Assembly (NCBI GenBank): GCA_964016885.1
Contig: OZ024744.1
Span: forward strand, 24,490,001-24,554,000
Direction: 5' to 3'
Length of the DNA stretch: 64,000 bases
From: Eledone cirrhosa
Taxonomy: Eukaryota
In this document: positions 63,621 through 64,000 of the stretch, in pieces
How the letters are laid out: the number at the start of each line of letters is the position of its first letter
Position numbering within the stretch: the stretch's first letter is position 1
Notes under the pieces: model-generated
The model's input: the letters and a program-made list of their open reading frames with translations, nothing else
Database searches by the model: none
What the model was told of the DNA's origin: nothing
Program-made: the position numbers and the translations under genes

Positions 63621-64000
63621 AAGCCAAGTAGACGCACTGCCAACAACTTCCAGGCGTCTAACAATGGCATACCACCCTTGTATGGGCTCCGCAAAGACCA
63701 CAAGACAGTCGACGATCCGACAACAGGACCACCAACAAGACCCGTATGCGGATCTAATATAGCTAGCAACTACAGGATCTCCTACTTCCTCTCAATGGTT
63801 ATACGCCCCATAATCAAGATGTCCCCAGATGTATGTGAAAGTACAGAGGACCTCCTCAGCAGAATCAGTGAGTGCAACAAAAACAGGAGCCTATCCAACT
63901 GCATAATAGGCAGCATGGATGTGGTGTCACTGTACCCATCCATTAACATTGATTTTGCTGTGAAAAGATGTGTGTAGATGATCATTGAGAGTGAGGTGGA
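63621..64000 (+). mobile_element. Penelope-like element RT N-terminal fragment (runs off the right edge)
   Basis: PPLYGLRKDHK...PPTRPVCGS...IGSMDVVSLYPSI match the early PLE RT motifs (YGL.K.HK, P.RP, D..SLYP). There is an in-frame stop at 63975-77. Confidence 0.85.

Overview
Eukaryotic, gene-free, repeat-only window. Bases 1-~48,522 are one uninterrupted head-to-tail satellite array. Its monomer is 34 bp (AACAACAGTTGAATCTTAAG[AACTG/ATAAA]ACTCGTTTT, about 1,400 copies), arranged in kilobase higher-order repeats whose period changes along the array (~4.5 kb, then ~2 kb, then one 3.7 kb duplication). The array ends abruptly. The remaining ~15.5 kb is a dense pile of decayed non-LTR retroelements: a Tx1/L1-type element, three stacked R4/Dong-type RLE elements, an RTE-type LINE, an internally inverted Penelope-like element (PLE), tRNA-derived SINEs and (TA)n/(TG)n microsatellites. 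The features least explained by the ORF track are hammerhead ribozyme motifs. Two lie back-to-back in a ~400-bp palindrome at 49.27-49.66 kb, each with an unusually long stem II insert. A third, minimal one lies at the 3' end of the PLE. No host protein-coding gene or CRISPR array is supported. The SINE and microsatellite landscape resembles my recollection of cephalopod (Octopus-like) genomes; that is an unverified inference.
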